Shown: positions 41,401-53,424 of the stretch, one piece after another
Numbering within the stretch: the first letter of the stretch is position 1
Layout of the letters: each line of letters opens with the position of its first letter
Assembly: GCA_035084275.1 (NCBI GenBank)
Contig: CM068748.1
Span: 19,406,001 to 19,470,000, forward strand
Direction: 5' to 3'
Length of the DNA stretch: 64,000 nucleotides
Source of the DNA: Hydrolagus colliei
Taxonomy: Eukaryota
Notes under the pieces: generated by a model
The model's database searches: none
Told to the model about the DNA's origin: nothing
What the model saw: only the letters and a program-made list of their open reading frames with translations
Made by a program: the position numbers and the translations under genes

Positions 41401-44400
41401 TAAAGCTGTACACACTAGGAATGTCCCGGGTTAGAATCACATAACTTGCTGTGTTAGTTGATCTGAATAAGAGACTACAATTGACCTCAGCATCAGAAGG
41501 AGGAATGATTAATTTGTTTTTCAGGACTAAGGAAGAGAGATCACCTGCTCCTGAGGTTTTGGAGGTGACTCCCACGTCAATCTCTTCACTCACCCTGATT
41601 TGTCAGGAAATCCTCTCCTGTGATACAGAACGAGCGTTCCTAGGACCATTGCTAAGTTGGTTCTCCCAACTCCAACCTGACAACTGAAGACAAGAGCAGG
41701 AGGAGGTTTTTTGGAACTCTGCATTGGCAAGAGATTCGGATTTTCCTATTAAACAAAATCAGTGGTTACAGGATTACTGACATAAGGTGCATTGCAGGTG
41801 ATAATAGTGATTGTAATAATCCTTGCATTTGATATAGCGCCTTATCGTGTCTTCGAGACGTCTCAAAGCGCATCAAAGAATATATTGTGTTGTCCTGTAG
41901 CACAGTGGTTAGACCACTTGCAAGCGAGAGACATGGGTTCAATTCACGAAAGCGCAAAACTGTGGGCAAGTTTCCTTCCTCCACACACCTAATAATCCCT
42001 CAAGATCAAAAAAAAATTGTCCACTTCAATCCACGACTGTTTATGGGACACTGCTGTGTGCAATTGACTGCTGTTAAATAAAGTTGGTTCATTTTACAGC
42101 ATGTTCTGTGAAGCACTTTGAAGGCGTCTAAGAAGACATGAAAAGTGCTACATCAAATGCAAGGATTAGTATTATTACTGTGATGTGAATTGACTGAATA
42201 TTTTGTGGGTGAAATGTGGCTGAATGGATTGTCCTTTCAGAAAGCCAGCATAGATGCGCTATTTGGCGCATAAGAAGGCCAAATAGCCTTCTTATGCGCT
42301 GAAAATTTCATTAAAAATTTCTTTAAAAAAGCTTTAAAAAATATATATATATTAAACCTACACAGAGCATCTATACAACTTGAACGACTCATTCAGCTAA
42401 GACAACAAGGAGAACAGTTATAAAAATGTCAGTAGCCCTCATCTAATTGATTTTTCTTACTCTGGGAGCCCACACAATAGCCTTGGTGGGGGAAGAGAGG
42501 AGAGAAGAAAAAAAAAGACATAAAAATGGTGTAATTCAATAATCCCTTCAAAACAAAGAAAAAAATTATAATAATAATTTGGTCACTGAATCTACGACTG
42601 TTTGTGGGACACTGCTATGCACAATTGGCTGCCGCGTTTCCCCCATGAAAAATATGCACAATCAATTCACTTTACAGTACGTTCTGTGAAGCGCTTTGAG
42701 GCCCCTCAAGGATGTGATCATGTGCTATATCAAATGCAAGGATTATTATTACAGTTCTGTTTCACCAAAATCTCAACCAAAAGAAAAAACCTTTTCAAAG
42801 CGAGTCGGGCGTGAACATTCCCGAGCAGGAAGTTTGCCCAACCGCCAGTAACTTCAGAAAGCTTCAACCAATTTTGCGCACAACGATGTCCCACAAACAG
42901 CCTGAAGTTAATTGGTCAATTTTATCGGATAGCCTGTTGGCCAGGATACCGGGAGAAACTCCCCTCTTTCAACTGAATCTTTAATTTCTTTAATATCCAC
43001 CTAAACCAGAAGAATGGATCTTGGTTTCAAATCTCATCCGAAGGGCAGCACCTCCAACAACGCAGCGCTGCTCTGGATTGCCAGCCTGCAGTATGAACTC
43101 AAATTCAGGTTTGAACTCACAACCTTCTGACTCAGAAGCGAGAGAGAGTGCTACTAATTAACACCCATTGTTATTACCAATGGGCATCGTGACAAGGCAA
43201 ATGGCTTACAAACAGTAGTCTTTATGCCAAACAATGAGTGCAGTATAAACTTGGAGGCATCTCTACTATTTTATTATCACAAACACCAGCTTCATACATT
43301 TATTTCTCTCTCTTTTTTTTTTAAAGTGCGTCAAATTTGTTTTTTAAAAACGCAATTTAATTCCTTCAAAAGACTGGCTTGCCTTTCCCCTGTGCTGTAA
43401 TTTGCAGCTCATTCATCTTTGTCTGACATGCAGTGAATGACTCTCCCTAAAACTTTTGTTGAGGTGAAAGCTGTGAGGTGAAGGAGGGTGGAGGAGATTC
43501 TCCTTGTATTGTAACATTATGGCGGACTGGATTGAAATGCACAGAAACCTCTCCAGGCTCTGGTGCTTTCCAGGCTCTGGATGGGTTAACCCGCACAAGA
43601 CAAAGAGGCCAAGTCTGCTCAACAGAACCTGCCCAAAAAAGGGAAGCTTGCATGAGGGCAGAGTGTAAATCAGAGAGAGGAAAAAAGCCAGACCATGCTT
43701 CACTGGCAACGATGAAGACATGTCAAACTAGCAAGAAACACTCGGCAAGAATAATTCACCACTTTCATGTGACTCTTCCAAGCTTTCTGCAGATTTCAGT
43801 GTGAGACAATTGGACAGGAATGACCTGCCCTCGTTTTAAACCCCTGTGGTTATGGAAGGCATAAGGGATTATAAATAGGCTTCTGAGTCACCCAGCAGGT
43901 CTCAGGTCTGTGCTGAGGAAGCTGAACTGAACAACAGTTGACAGCCTCACTGTGCCTTTCACTTTGGGAGAATGGCTCCAAGTGCTTTTAAAGCAACAGC
44001 TTGCAGTTATATAGAACCTTCACGCGGGGCAGCATCTCACAGGAGGGTGGGGGTGGTGACAGAAGGAGGGAGGAGATGGCCATGAGAACAGTCGAAGAGG
44101 ATGGTCTTTAGCTGTGATCTAAAAGAAGGGAAGGAGGGGACAAGGCGGAGGGATCGGGGGAGAGAGTTCCAAAGCTACAGCGAGTAATGGCTGATTGGGA
44201 GCACAAAGTGGAAGCGAACTTTGAAACAACTCAAACTCACCCTGAGTATGTTTATAAAGAGGTCAAACTGTGCTTCTAGAGGTGCCCCTTCGGCCGGCAG
44301 TGGTAACCGATAGTACCTGAAACACAGAGATATTCATTACTCTCCTGCACAGTGGGTCACATCACCAGCAGCTCACAAATCACTTTTATATTTTCAAAAA

Positions 44401-47400
44401 ATCATGAGAGTAATAATAATAAATATCATTGCATTTGATACAGGGCCTTCTCACATTGATAAGATGTCACAAAATGCTTCGCAGAATATGCTGTGAAATA
44501 TATTGACTATATTTTGTGAGCGCAACGAGGCAGCCAAATGCGCACAGCGGTGTTTCACAAACAGCCGTGGATTGAGTGACAAAATTATTTCGAAAGGGAC
44601 TATTACCCCTGGAAAGCGACCTGCCAATCAACTAATCTCTGGCTTCCTACTTACTACTAGGAATAAAGAGGAGTGTGGAGTAAGCAAACTTGCTTAAGAT
44701 TTCACCCCACCCCGGAATCAAACCCGGATCCTATTGCTTGTGAGGCGAGTGTGCTAACCAATCATGTAAAAGCTTACATAGAGTTACACAGTGTGACAGG
44801 GCAGGGAAACAGAAATTGCGGACCCACCTTCCTCAAGCCCCCCCCACCCCCCCCCACCACCCCAGCAAAGGCTCCCTTTAACTTCTGTGAAGTGCTTTAA
44901 GACATCCTCCCAACAGGAAATGCGCCGTATAAATGTAAAATTGTTGTAGTTACCGCAATAGCAAAAATTTATTTCATGGGAAATTAAGTCATTTTGTGGA
45001 CTAGGAATATGCCTTTCACAGAACGTTCACCTGCTCGATGTGGTTGCCATGGCAATTGCAGCATAAACTCATATGACTTATTTTCTACTGTTGTGAATTA
45101 GCTGATTCACAGAATAACCAATGAATTCCTGCTGACAGGCTGTGCTTGTTTTAGTCTAATTTCACTTTCTTTACAAATAAAAGTGTGTGTGGGGGGGGTG
45201 GGGGTGGCACCTCCTTGGGTCAGTCAATGACAAGAGGACAGGTCCTCAAAACTGGGGCAAAACTGGGTCAGGGGCCTGCTTACAGAGAGAGGAAGGATTT
45301 CAGAACCTGGCTCCAGAAAGCCAAAGTTGAGAAATTAGACAAGGAAATTTATGGTTCCATAGCACTTTGAGATGTCTAGAAGACGTGAAACACGCTATAT
45401 CAAATGCAAGGATTATTATTATGATTATTATTACAATAAAGCTATGAAGGAATACGTGGTGGGAAAGTGAGATTACAGCGGCACCCACCCCTCCAAACCA
45501 ACCTTCTCAATTCAATCCCCCAACCAGTCTGACAGCCCTCTCTCTTCCTCCCTCTCTGGAATCCGAATCACCCTTTAGCAGATCTTCCCCTTCAACTCCC
45601 CAACTTACCTCCCTCCCCCATCCCATCGCTCAGACCGATCAATGCGGCTGAAATTTACCAGCTGCATTGAATTGCAGTGGATATTATTGGCTAAATTAGA
45701 TTTTCCACAATTTAGATTTTGCCTGCAACTTAGACTTTGTGTAAGATATGTTACATGCTATGATCCAAACCTATAAAACTTGTGTGAGTGATACGGTCGG
45801 TACCAAAGGGAGAAGAGAAGAGTTCAACAATCTGGAAGACCCTTTCACTTCCAATCGCCTAATCCTCCTTCCTTATTAATTAAAATCTGTCTCAGCTGAT
45901 TTCACCAGGGATCCTAACCTTTTTAGAAGATACGTATAGTGCGTGGCCAATACCTGTATGAAGGCATTGTAAAGAAAGGTCTCTTGTAGACCTCGTCTGA
46001 CACACGGATGTCCTCATCACAGCAGATGCTGATGCTCTGCGGCTCGTCGTCAAAGTGTTCAATGTCATTGTAGACGTAATAAACATTCTCCTTCAACTGG
46101 GCAAAGTCGTAGAGCTGAAAACCAAAGAGAGATAACCTGATGAAATTACCAATGCGACCATTCGTTACAATCCCCGTGGGCTCTGCTTGGCTACAACAGC
46201 ACATGCCTAAGCTAAGATCACCCATCCAGCTGTGAGTTTCAAGCAAGGCTGCAAACGCTGCCCAAATGACACCATTGTAAAAAGCCACATTAATGCCACA
46301 CACACACACACCAACTATGCTCTTGCTTGGTGCTCTGAATAAGCTGCCTTTACAAATACGACAAAACTAGGGATAAATCTTATCTTTATAAATCGTGTAA
46401 TCGACCTAAATCTTACATTCATCCGAGTCCCATTCAGTTTCCTCTCAAAACCACTTGGTTTTCTTTGCATTGGGTCATGTTATTACCACCTGTGAGACCA
46501 TTATGTCTTAAAATTAAAGATCCGTCAAAATTGCTGAAAATTTCTCAGTCCTATCTTCCTTTAGAGGCCAGTTATCCACAGTTCGGAAAATTTGTACAGA
46601 ACTTCATCACGTGAATTAAACATCTCAACGCACCTCTGAGGATTTACTGCAAAGTGCAGTGACTGTGCATTTTAAAGAAACCAGCTTCCAAATTGAGACT
46701 GAAATTAAGAATTTCCCACAATTTTGAGAGATTTTCACTCTTGTAAGTGAATTGGTCACATAGGCTGAGACTGCTTGTAGTAATAATAATCTCGCCATTT
46801 GATACAGCACCTTATCACGTCGTTGAGGTGTTTCAAAAGGTAGAGAGTTCTGGACAGTTAAAGTGCTCCAAGAGGCCGTCCCACATGAAGGGCATTATAT
46901 AAATGTCTATACACGCTGTCACTATTCTTGTAGAAAAGACAGCAAAAGTGCAGTGATCAAATTAGATCTCTCAGACCGGAGGACACAAATTTCACACTTT
47001 GTGTTGCAGTGTTACAGAGAAGAGTGAAGTACAAGGGAAAAGCAGCTGTGAACATTTACACAGGGTAAGTATTCTTGCTGCTGCTGCCATCAATATACCT
47101 CCTTCTTAATGGTCAGCTCCAGTTTCTCCACCCGAAGCCCCTTCGACAAATGGTGCAGGTTCTCGTGCAGATTCTCTTTGGTTCTCGGAGTGTAGGGCAC
47201 ATAATCATCGTCCAGGTGCAGAAACACAACGGGTTCCTCCCGGATACAGAAAAACAGAATTTCCTGCAAATCGAACGTGAATACAATTCACAACACAATT
47301 TACATTTAGGCGACGGCTTTCATGTCAGGAGAAGGTCCTAAAGTGCACAGTGCTTGTTGGGCACCCAAGCTATGAGTGGGCATCAAGAGAGGTGGACAAG

Positions 47401-50400
47401 GGAAAGAAAATAATAATAATAGTAATAATTCCTGCATTTGATATAGAGCTTTATCGAGTCGGAAGGACATCTCAAAATGCTCTGCAGGATTTATTGTGAA
47501 ATTAAGTGATTCTGTATTTGTAGGCAAACACGGCATCACAATTGCGCATGCTGATGTCTCACAAATAGCCATGAAACGAATGATAGATTTTATTTGGAGG
47601 ATTGTTGGTCAGGACATCAGGAGAGAAACTCACTCCTCTGTTTGAACAGCACCATGAGATCTTCTCCACCGCAACCAAGGGACGACACTAACAACAACGC
47701 AAGGTTTCCCCAAACAATGTGGCAATAGCAACCAATATAGCAGCATTTAATTGTTAGTACCTGTATTACCTTTTTAATCACTAATTTCTCAAAACAGCAG
47801 CCTTTTTTCCCCCTTTATATTATTACCTTTTTTTTCCTTCTTATAGATGTAAGAGGACAATGGGACTTTTATCCTTACCCTGAAAGATCTCAGGGCAGGA
47901 AATGGAATAGTGAAGGGCTTTTTCCTGACTTTATAAAGTAAATCTATGTCTGGGTCGCTCTGAACCAGGCAGCTACAGCGCTGAGGAGAGCTCATTCAAC
48001 GCAGGATTCTGTTCTGCTGACAGCCAAATCTGGTGATTAGCTACCAGGCTATCCATCAACCCATGGCACGATTCGTAAAGAGAAGAGAGTTTCTTTCTCC
48101 TGGCCAGGAATCCCCCAGATGAAATTATTTATCAACAATTGGTGAACTGACTGTATATTTTGTGTGCAAAACGTGGAAGCCAATTGCATACAGCATTGTC
48201 CCTCAGACAAGCTTGGATTGAGTGGTCATATCATTATACAGTAAAAGCCCATTTATCCGGCACTCTCGGGACCTGGCCAATGCCGATTAAAGCACGTGCC
48301 AGATATTCGGCCGAAAACACACTTTTTTTTTTAATGCATTTTTCCGGATAAATTCCGGTTAATCGAATGCGGACCTTTTTTTTGATGGTTATACGGAAGT
48401 TATTATGGTTGATCGGGTCACGGATAAACGGGCTTTTACTATATATTTATTTTTCAAGAGACTATTACCCTGAAAAGCAATCTGCCATTCATCTAACAAC
48501 CGGGTTCCTACATACCGCTGGGTAAACAGAGCCGTGCGGAGTAAAGAAACTAGCCTAACAGGTTTCGCCCCACCCGGAATTCAAATCCGGGTCCTCTCGC
48601 TTGCGAAGCAAGTGGTCTAATCAATACACTACAGGTCTCAAAAAGGAGTAGTATTACAACCATCAACATTCACAGAGTGTTAGCCAGTCTCCCGTCTTCG
48701 CCCGACCCAATGGAGAATTTGAACTGCACCCATCTCCAAATGAGTTATTCATATATCATGAACTCTCCAACCAAGAAGCGTTGGTCTTCCTAAGCTTGCC
48801 TCATCCTCTTCCTCAAATGTGCTGACACACTGCAATTTCCTCTTGCGATGACTTCCTGTGACTAGAGGTGGCTCAACACATCAACAGAGGAAACGCTTCA
48901 CAATAGGAAGTCTCTCATCCAAAGGAAAGAGGCCCCTGGTAGACAGAGAGCCAAACAAGCAGCGAAGGAACTGGATGTGCAGGAAACAAAGCAAACTGAC
49001 CTCGTGACCTTCCTTCTGAAGAACTTGGAGAAGTCGTTTGAAGCCTTTGAGGCTGGGCTGTCCCATTCCAAACACCGGAAAGCTGCCGCGGGCTTGCCTG
49101 AAGTTTACCACTCCATAATCACCAGTCGTGCTCAACACATCGACCTTACTGTAGATGTCGCGCACCATAAAATATTGTCCCTGGAACGTGAATAAGAATG
49201 CAATTTAATGACACGCACACACATACACAAATACATACCAGCTGGTACAATCCTTGCATATGATACAGCATTGATAAACACTGTAATGCCCTGACACCAC
49301 CCTACCTCTCTGACCTGTTTACTCTCCAACCCACTACCCGATGCCTCTGCCCGACTGGCTCCAGCCTCAATAACAACAAAGTTACATATGTGTAGTGCTC
49401 TTCATGTTGGGAGGACATCCCAAGGCACCTCCTGCTTGTCCCTTGAGCCCTCCCTTCCACGATCGGGTCCGCACTTTCAGATACTTCAACCCGAAAGCAC
49501 TGGAACACTTTCCATCACTTTCCATCAATCCCTCTATGTGGGCCCCTCCTTTCCCATCTTCAGATCATGTTTGAAGACCTTCCTCTTTGACTGTGTTTAT
49601 GGTCACTTTCCCCCCGCTCGGCGTCTGTGTCTGCCACTGCAAAGTACCCTGGGAGGCTGACCTGCATGAGGTGCGCTATATAAATGCAAGTTGAAATGCA
49701 CCAAAGTGCATCATAGGCAACTGAGGTCAAGGCAAACATAGCAGCTCAACCGTGATCACCAGTTTTCCCGCAGGATTGACTGCAAGACAAAACAGGAAAA
49801 GTTCCCTTCCCTTTTCAAGCCGTGCCTTTGGATTTTTAATGTCCATGCAGAAAGTGTTGGCTCAGAGATCAGATCAGATATTTTAATGTTCGTTCGCTCC
49901 TTCCAACTATCTCCCCTCACCTCCACTCCTGAAAGTGAAAGCCATCACTGGGGCAGTTTCAGTTGGTTAACAGTGCGTGAATGTTGATGATTGAAACATT
50001 AATCCTTGCATTTGATGTTATAGCGCCTTTCATATCAGGAGCCCGCCTCAAAACAGTTCACAGAATTTATGTATTAATGTGTAGGGAATGAGTATTTTGA
50101 CAATTTGCTCACATCAACTCCACTGGCGCCCAGTGATGCCGTATCTTGGTGGCTGTTATTTATTTGCGAGCTTATCTCAAATTCCTTTCCGCCCCCCATG
50201 AGTCGACTCTTACCTGCACCAGATAGTGCTCGAGCAAATTAGGCGAAATTCTTCCGAGAGAATAATTGGCTTTGAGCAAATCATCATGAATCTGAAATTC
50301 CTCCTTACAGTTATACCTGCAGGAAATAGAACAGTGGTGTCAATAGTCTGTATGTTCAGTATTACAAAGAGAGCGCAGGTCTCTTTCGAGCATGTCTCAT

Positions 50401-53400
50401 CCTTCATAACCTTGCAACAGTACGCGATACACCACTGGCTTATTTTTAAAATAACTTACCTTATCACCTTGTCAAACCACCTCAAAGTGCTTTACAGGAT
50501 TTACTGTAAAGTGGATTCACCGTGCTTTGTGGGTGAATATAGCAGGCATTTGTGCACAGCAGTGTCCCACAAATAGCCATGGAGTGAGTGGAGGATTGTT
50601 GGCTAGTACAACGGAACAGAAATTCCCTTCTCTGTGAAAATCCATGGGAATCATTTAACAACCATCTGAACAGGCAGATTGGACCTTGGCTTAGCGTTTC
50701 ATTTGAAGGCACTGTCAGAAGTGCTATCCTTCGAGTGAAATATTAAACCAAAGGACTGTCTGCCTGTCTAGTGAGCCCACAGCGCAGTTTAAAAAGAGAT
50801 GGGAGTTTCTCCCGATGTCCTGATGAACAATCCCCACAATTAAAAAAAAATTATCGTAACTGTTTGCGGGATATTACTGCATGCAAATATAATAATAATC
50901 GTGCATTTGATAAAGCACTTTATTATGTCATTGCAACATTTCAAAGCGCTTCACAGAATATATTGAAATGTGAAGTGACTGTACATTGTGTGGGCATAAT
51001 GTGGCAACGAATTGCGCACAGCAGTGCCCACCAAGGATCGTGGATTGAAGGATTTTTTTTTTTTAAAAGGCATTATTACCCCCCAAAATGTGATCAGCCA
51101 ATCAATTAACAACCATGTTCCTACTTACTGTTAGGTAAACAGAGGTGTGTGGAGTAGGGAAACATACCTAAGGTTTCACCCCGCACAGGAATCGAACCCG
51201 GGTCCTCTCGCTTGTGAGGCGAGCGCACTCACCACTACGCTACAGAACTCTTTAAAAGGCACAATAGCAAATGCCAGGATTACGGGATACTGTGCAGTAA
51301 AACGAGAGTAACTGGATAGCTATTATGAACAGGAAAGCCTTCCCAGGAACAATCTTTGGTGTGGGCGGTGGAGGTCTCGAGAGCAGCAGAAAATAAACCA
51401 CGATCCTTTTGTGTTCACATTAATCTGGCCTCTTGGCTGCCTACCAACACAAACACTGGGAGTGTGCCGCCCAAGAGCTGTGTTATTTTTAAAGTGTGCT
51501 GCAGGCAACCTCCTAGCACAGTTCCTGACGTCCCCTTGCAACAGCTCTCCTAGCTTCAGTGCACATTAAAAACATTTCTCTTAAACGCGTTTGTCTAAAT
51601 GCTTACTGCGGCCTTATTACTTCCTGGAGCTCCAATGTCACTCCCCACCCCCAAGTCTTGCCCCCAGTCAGAAAGTTGTAGCTCCTGCGACCTCTAGAGT
51701 GCGGCCGCTTATCCCTGCGCTGGCATCAGGAGTGTGACGGAATGTTTGACTCTCCTAAAAAACACATTAAGGGATATGGGGAGAGAGCTGCAGAGTGGGA
51801 TTTTATTTCAGGGAAGACAGGGAGGAGCGTCACGGATTCAGGCAGGGATTTCTATGAGGTAAAATTCACGGCATTCCTTAAACTTGCTCTAAATGTCTAC
51901 TTAAATCATTATCTCTGGAGCTAGGACACTGCAGAGTGCTCACAAAGTCCTGATACTCACTGTTTTAATAATAATAATAGATTATTGATATAGCACCTTA
52001 TCAGCTCAACGTCAGCAAAACCTGAGGCCCTCTGATTGGCTCGCTTCAACGCCTCCGCACCTCAGGCGCTGGCAGCATCAGCATCTAAGATTGCACTCTC
52101 CATCTCTCAAAGCCAGTCAGGAATCTGGGCTCTTGTTTGACCCTGTTTGAGGAGGCCTATCCTCCTCCACATATGTGCCATGACCAGCACTGCCTTCTAC
52201 CACCTCCATAACATTGCCAAACTCCACCACTGTCCCATCCCTCAGGCTGCCAAAACCCCTTGTCCAAGCATTCATCACATCAAGGCTCGACTATCGAAAC
52301 TCTCTCCACGTCGGCTTTCCCGGCTCTTCCCTTCACAAGCTGCAGATCAACCAGAACTCATGTCCTCTACCACAATAAGCTCCATGACCGCATCACTCCC
52401 ACCCTTGCCAAGCTCCATTGGCTTCCCATCCCCCAAGATCCTCATCCTCACTTTCAAAGCCATTCACGGCCTTACCCCCTCCTATCTCTCTGACCTGCTG
52501 ACTCCCTATAAGCCTGTCCGCCCCCTCTGTTCAGCGGGCTCTGCTACAAGTCCCCTACCCGACCCACCGTACCATCCGTGGACAGACTTTCAGCCTCTCT
52601 GCCCCCACACTCTGGAACTCCATCCCACCTTCCCTTCACCTTACTTCCTCCCTTGTCCTTCAATACCCTCCTCTTCGATCGTGCCTTCTGCCACCCTCCC
52701 AACTCTATCTCTCCCCTCCCCACCCACCCTGCCTCTCCCCCTTGCTCGGGACCTGACACCTGAGTGTTCAGCACCTTGGGACGTCCTCCCGTCATGAAAC
52801 GCACTTTTTAAACGTAATTTTGTTGTGGTTATCACGCCTTCGGGACAGCTCAAAGCACTTCTTAGAATATACTGCAAAGTGAATTGATGGTATATTTTGG
52901 GGGCGGAAGACCCACAGTGGTGGATTGAGTGACCAAATAAAACTTTTTAATTGATCGACTCACAATTGGGTTTCTTCTAACTGCTAAGCAAGCAGAGGCC
53001 TGTGTTGTATGGAGTAAGGATCCAAACCAGTTCCTCATGCTTGCGAAGTGAGCCCACTAGCCACTACCACAAAGGGACTCCAACAAAACGGTCTGTATTC
53101 CACCATCTCCTTGTGAGAGCAGCCAATCAAACTCCTCAGGTCCGGGGCGCCAACCAATCCCGATCCCAATCAACACCCTCTGCGTTCGGCAACCGGGTCA
53201 CACAATCCACTAGCGAGAGGCGACAGTAACGTCACTTACGTAATGAGTACGGGGGCCACTTTGTTGGTGATGATGGATTTGGCCTTGTTGTTGTGGATGC
53301 TGACGGCCTGGAAGGAGTTCACGCTTGCCGACCTCCTGCTGTCGGTGGTGCCATTGCTGTGGACACTGTCACAGTGCTGGGGTCCTGGTACTGTCTGCTG

Positions 53401-53424
53401 CGCGGCACTGGCTGTCGTACCCAT
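29268..53424 (-). CDS. PALD1: Paladin (PALD1) gene, spliced CDS span, 17 coding exons, 3'-incomplete in this window
   Basis: Exon translations match vertebrate paladin as I recall it: MGTTAS..., [64 protein letters not shown]. All junctions are GT-AG, phases are consistent, and the total is 2307 nt with no in-frame stop. Confidence 0.97.
30700..31020 (+). mobile_element. tRNA-head SINE, short form
   Basis: A/B boxes, body and tail as in other copies. Confidence 0.88.
31087..31158 (-). CDS. PALD1: PALD1 coding exon 16 ([24 protein letters not shown])
   Basis: ttccag| ... GAG|gtacgt, 72 nt. Confidence 0.95.
31904..32044 (-). CDS. PALD1: PALD1 coding exon 15, second P-loop CHSGKER ([10 protein letters not shown]...[27 protein letters not shown])
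   Basis: ctccag| ... CAC|gtgagt, 141 nt. Confidence 0.95.
32758..33063 (+). mobile_element. Young tRNA-head SINE (short form, 5' clipped), near-identical to 12037-12380
   Basis: Shares diagnostic cttgcaagctggggagacctgtgttcgaatccaggcaggtcagggc and ccgcgattcgcccac. Confidence 0.92.
33315..33512 (-). CDS. PALD1: PALD1 coding exon 14 ([10 protein letters not shown]...CLTMQEMF...[16 protein letters not shown])
   Basis: ctgaaag| ... CAG|gtaaga, 198 nt. Confidence 0.93.
33735..34085 (-). mobile_element. Deu-domain SINE
   Basis: Tail plus gagatctttaacatccacctaaactggcagatggga. Confidence 0.8.
34623..34802 (-). CDS. PALD1: PALD1 coding exon 13 ([31 protein letters not shown]...PEQLE)
   Basis: ttgtag| ... 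GAG|gtgagt, 180 nt. Confidence 0.95.
35036..35305 (+). mobile_element. tRNA-head SINE, short form
   Basis: ggagtcctgtaactcagtgg head to (TAT)n tail. Confidence 0.85.
35793..35909 (-). CDS. PALD1: PALD1 coding exon 12 ([39 protein letters not shown])
   Basis: gagcag| ... GAG|gtaacc, 117 nt. Confidence 0.95.
36842..36976 (-). CDS. PALD1: PALD1 coding exon 11 ([22 protein letters not shown]...TRGIRVL)
   Basis: ttacag| ... TTG|gtgagt, 135 nt. Confidence 0.95.
38817..38912 (-). CDS. PALD1: PALD1 coding exon 10 ([32 protein letters not shown])
   Basis: gtttag| ... CAG|gtaggt, 96 nt. Confidence 0.95.
39000..39205 (+). mobile_element. CR1 LINE 3' fragment
   Basis: [11 protein letters not shown]-like (CR1 RKHFFTQRVV) ...ttcaaatgggagtta. 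Confidence 0.7.
39236..39840 (-). mobile_element. L2 3' fragment
   Basis: (CAA)n tail reverse complement; LHGFSPCH/FKFLTYKS/PPYLCDL-like remnants. Confidence 0.7.
40376..40480 (-). CDS. PALD1: PALD1 coding exon 9 ([35 protein letters not shown])
   Basis: ttacag| ... CAG|gtaagt, 105 nt. Confidence 0.95.
41004..41103 (-). CDS. PALD1: PALD1 coding exon 8 ([33 protein letters not shown])
   Basis: atgcag|A ... GAG|gtcagt, 100 nt. Confidence 0.93.
41594..41745 (-). CDS. PALD1: PALD1 coding exon 7, CX5R P-loop CQVGVGR (ENPNLLP...[23 protein letters not shown]...)
   Basis: taatag| ... GG|gtgagt, 152 nt; PTP signature motif. Confidence 0.96.
41890..42178 (+). mobile_element. tRNA-head SINE nested inside an oppositely oriented SINE (41810-41890 and 42180-42220)
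   Basis: Flanks are consecutive pieces of a minus-strand SINE tail. Confidence 0.8.
44241..44316 (-). CDS. PALD1: PALD1 coding exon 6 ([25 protein letters not shown])
   Basis: tttcag|G ... AGG|gtgagt, 76 nt. Confidence 0.95.
44410..44765 (-). mobile_element. tRNA-head SINE, long form
   Basis: Reverse complement of head, cctacttact segment and tail. Confidence 0.8.
45954..46114 (-). CDS. PALD1: PALD1 coding exon 5 ([15 protein letters not shown]...[14 protein letters not shown])
   Basis: tttcag| ... AG|gtattg, 161 nt. Confidence 0.95.
47099..47263 (-). CDS. PALD1: PALD1 coding exon 4 ([15 protein letters not shown]...LELTIKKE)
   Basis: ttgcag| ... GAG|gtatat, 165 nt. Confidence 0.95.
48239..48441. 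mobile_element. Tc1/mariner-pogo MITE, copy 2 (opposite orientation), inserted in a SINE
   Basis: TIRs CAGTAAAAGCCCATTTATCCG / CGGATAAACGGGCTTTTACTA flanked by TA; internal sequence is the reverse complement of copy 1. Confidence 0.85.
49001..49180 (-). CDS. PALD1: PALD1 coding exon 3 (GQYFMVRD...[23 protein letters not shown])
   Basis: ttccag| ... GAG|gtcagt, 180 nt. Confidence 0.96.
50214..50316 (-). CDS. PALD1: PALD1 coding exon 2 ([34 protein letters not shown])
   Basis: cctgcag|G ... CAG|gtaaga, 103 nt, phase-compatible. Confidence 0.96.
50890..51250 (-). mobile_element. tRNA-head SINE, long form
   Basis: ggaatcgaacccgggtcctctcgcttg (B box reverse complement) and cctacttactgttaggtaaacagagg. 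Confidence 0.85.
52080..52830 (+). mobile_element. L2 3' fragment (ORF2 C-terminus + 3' tail)
   Basis: [44 protein letters not shown]; tail gcaccttgggacgtcctcccgtcatgaaa...ttgttg. Confidence 0.9.
53240..53424 (-). CDS. PALD1: PALD1 coding exon 1 ([12 protein letters not shown]...NKVAPVLIT); exon extends 5' to acceptor at 53437
   Basis: ATG at 53424; MGxxxS myristoylation consensus; acceptor tttccag|GTGCC; donor AC|gtaagt. Confidence 0.96.

Noticed and set aside
46003-46030. Extra CX5R (CCDEDIR) in coding exon 5
   Set aside because: Lacks P-loop context (no hydrophobic strand before it, no Gly-rich loop, no following S/T); likely coincidental
52147-52797. 216-aa ORF, the longest in the track
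   Set aside because: A mosaic of frames from a decayed L2 ORF2 3' end, not a host gene
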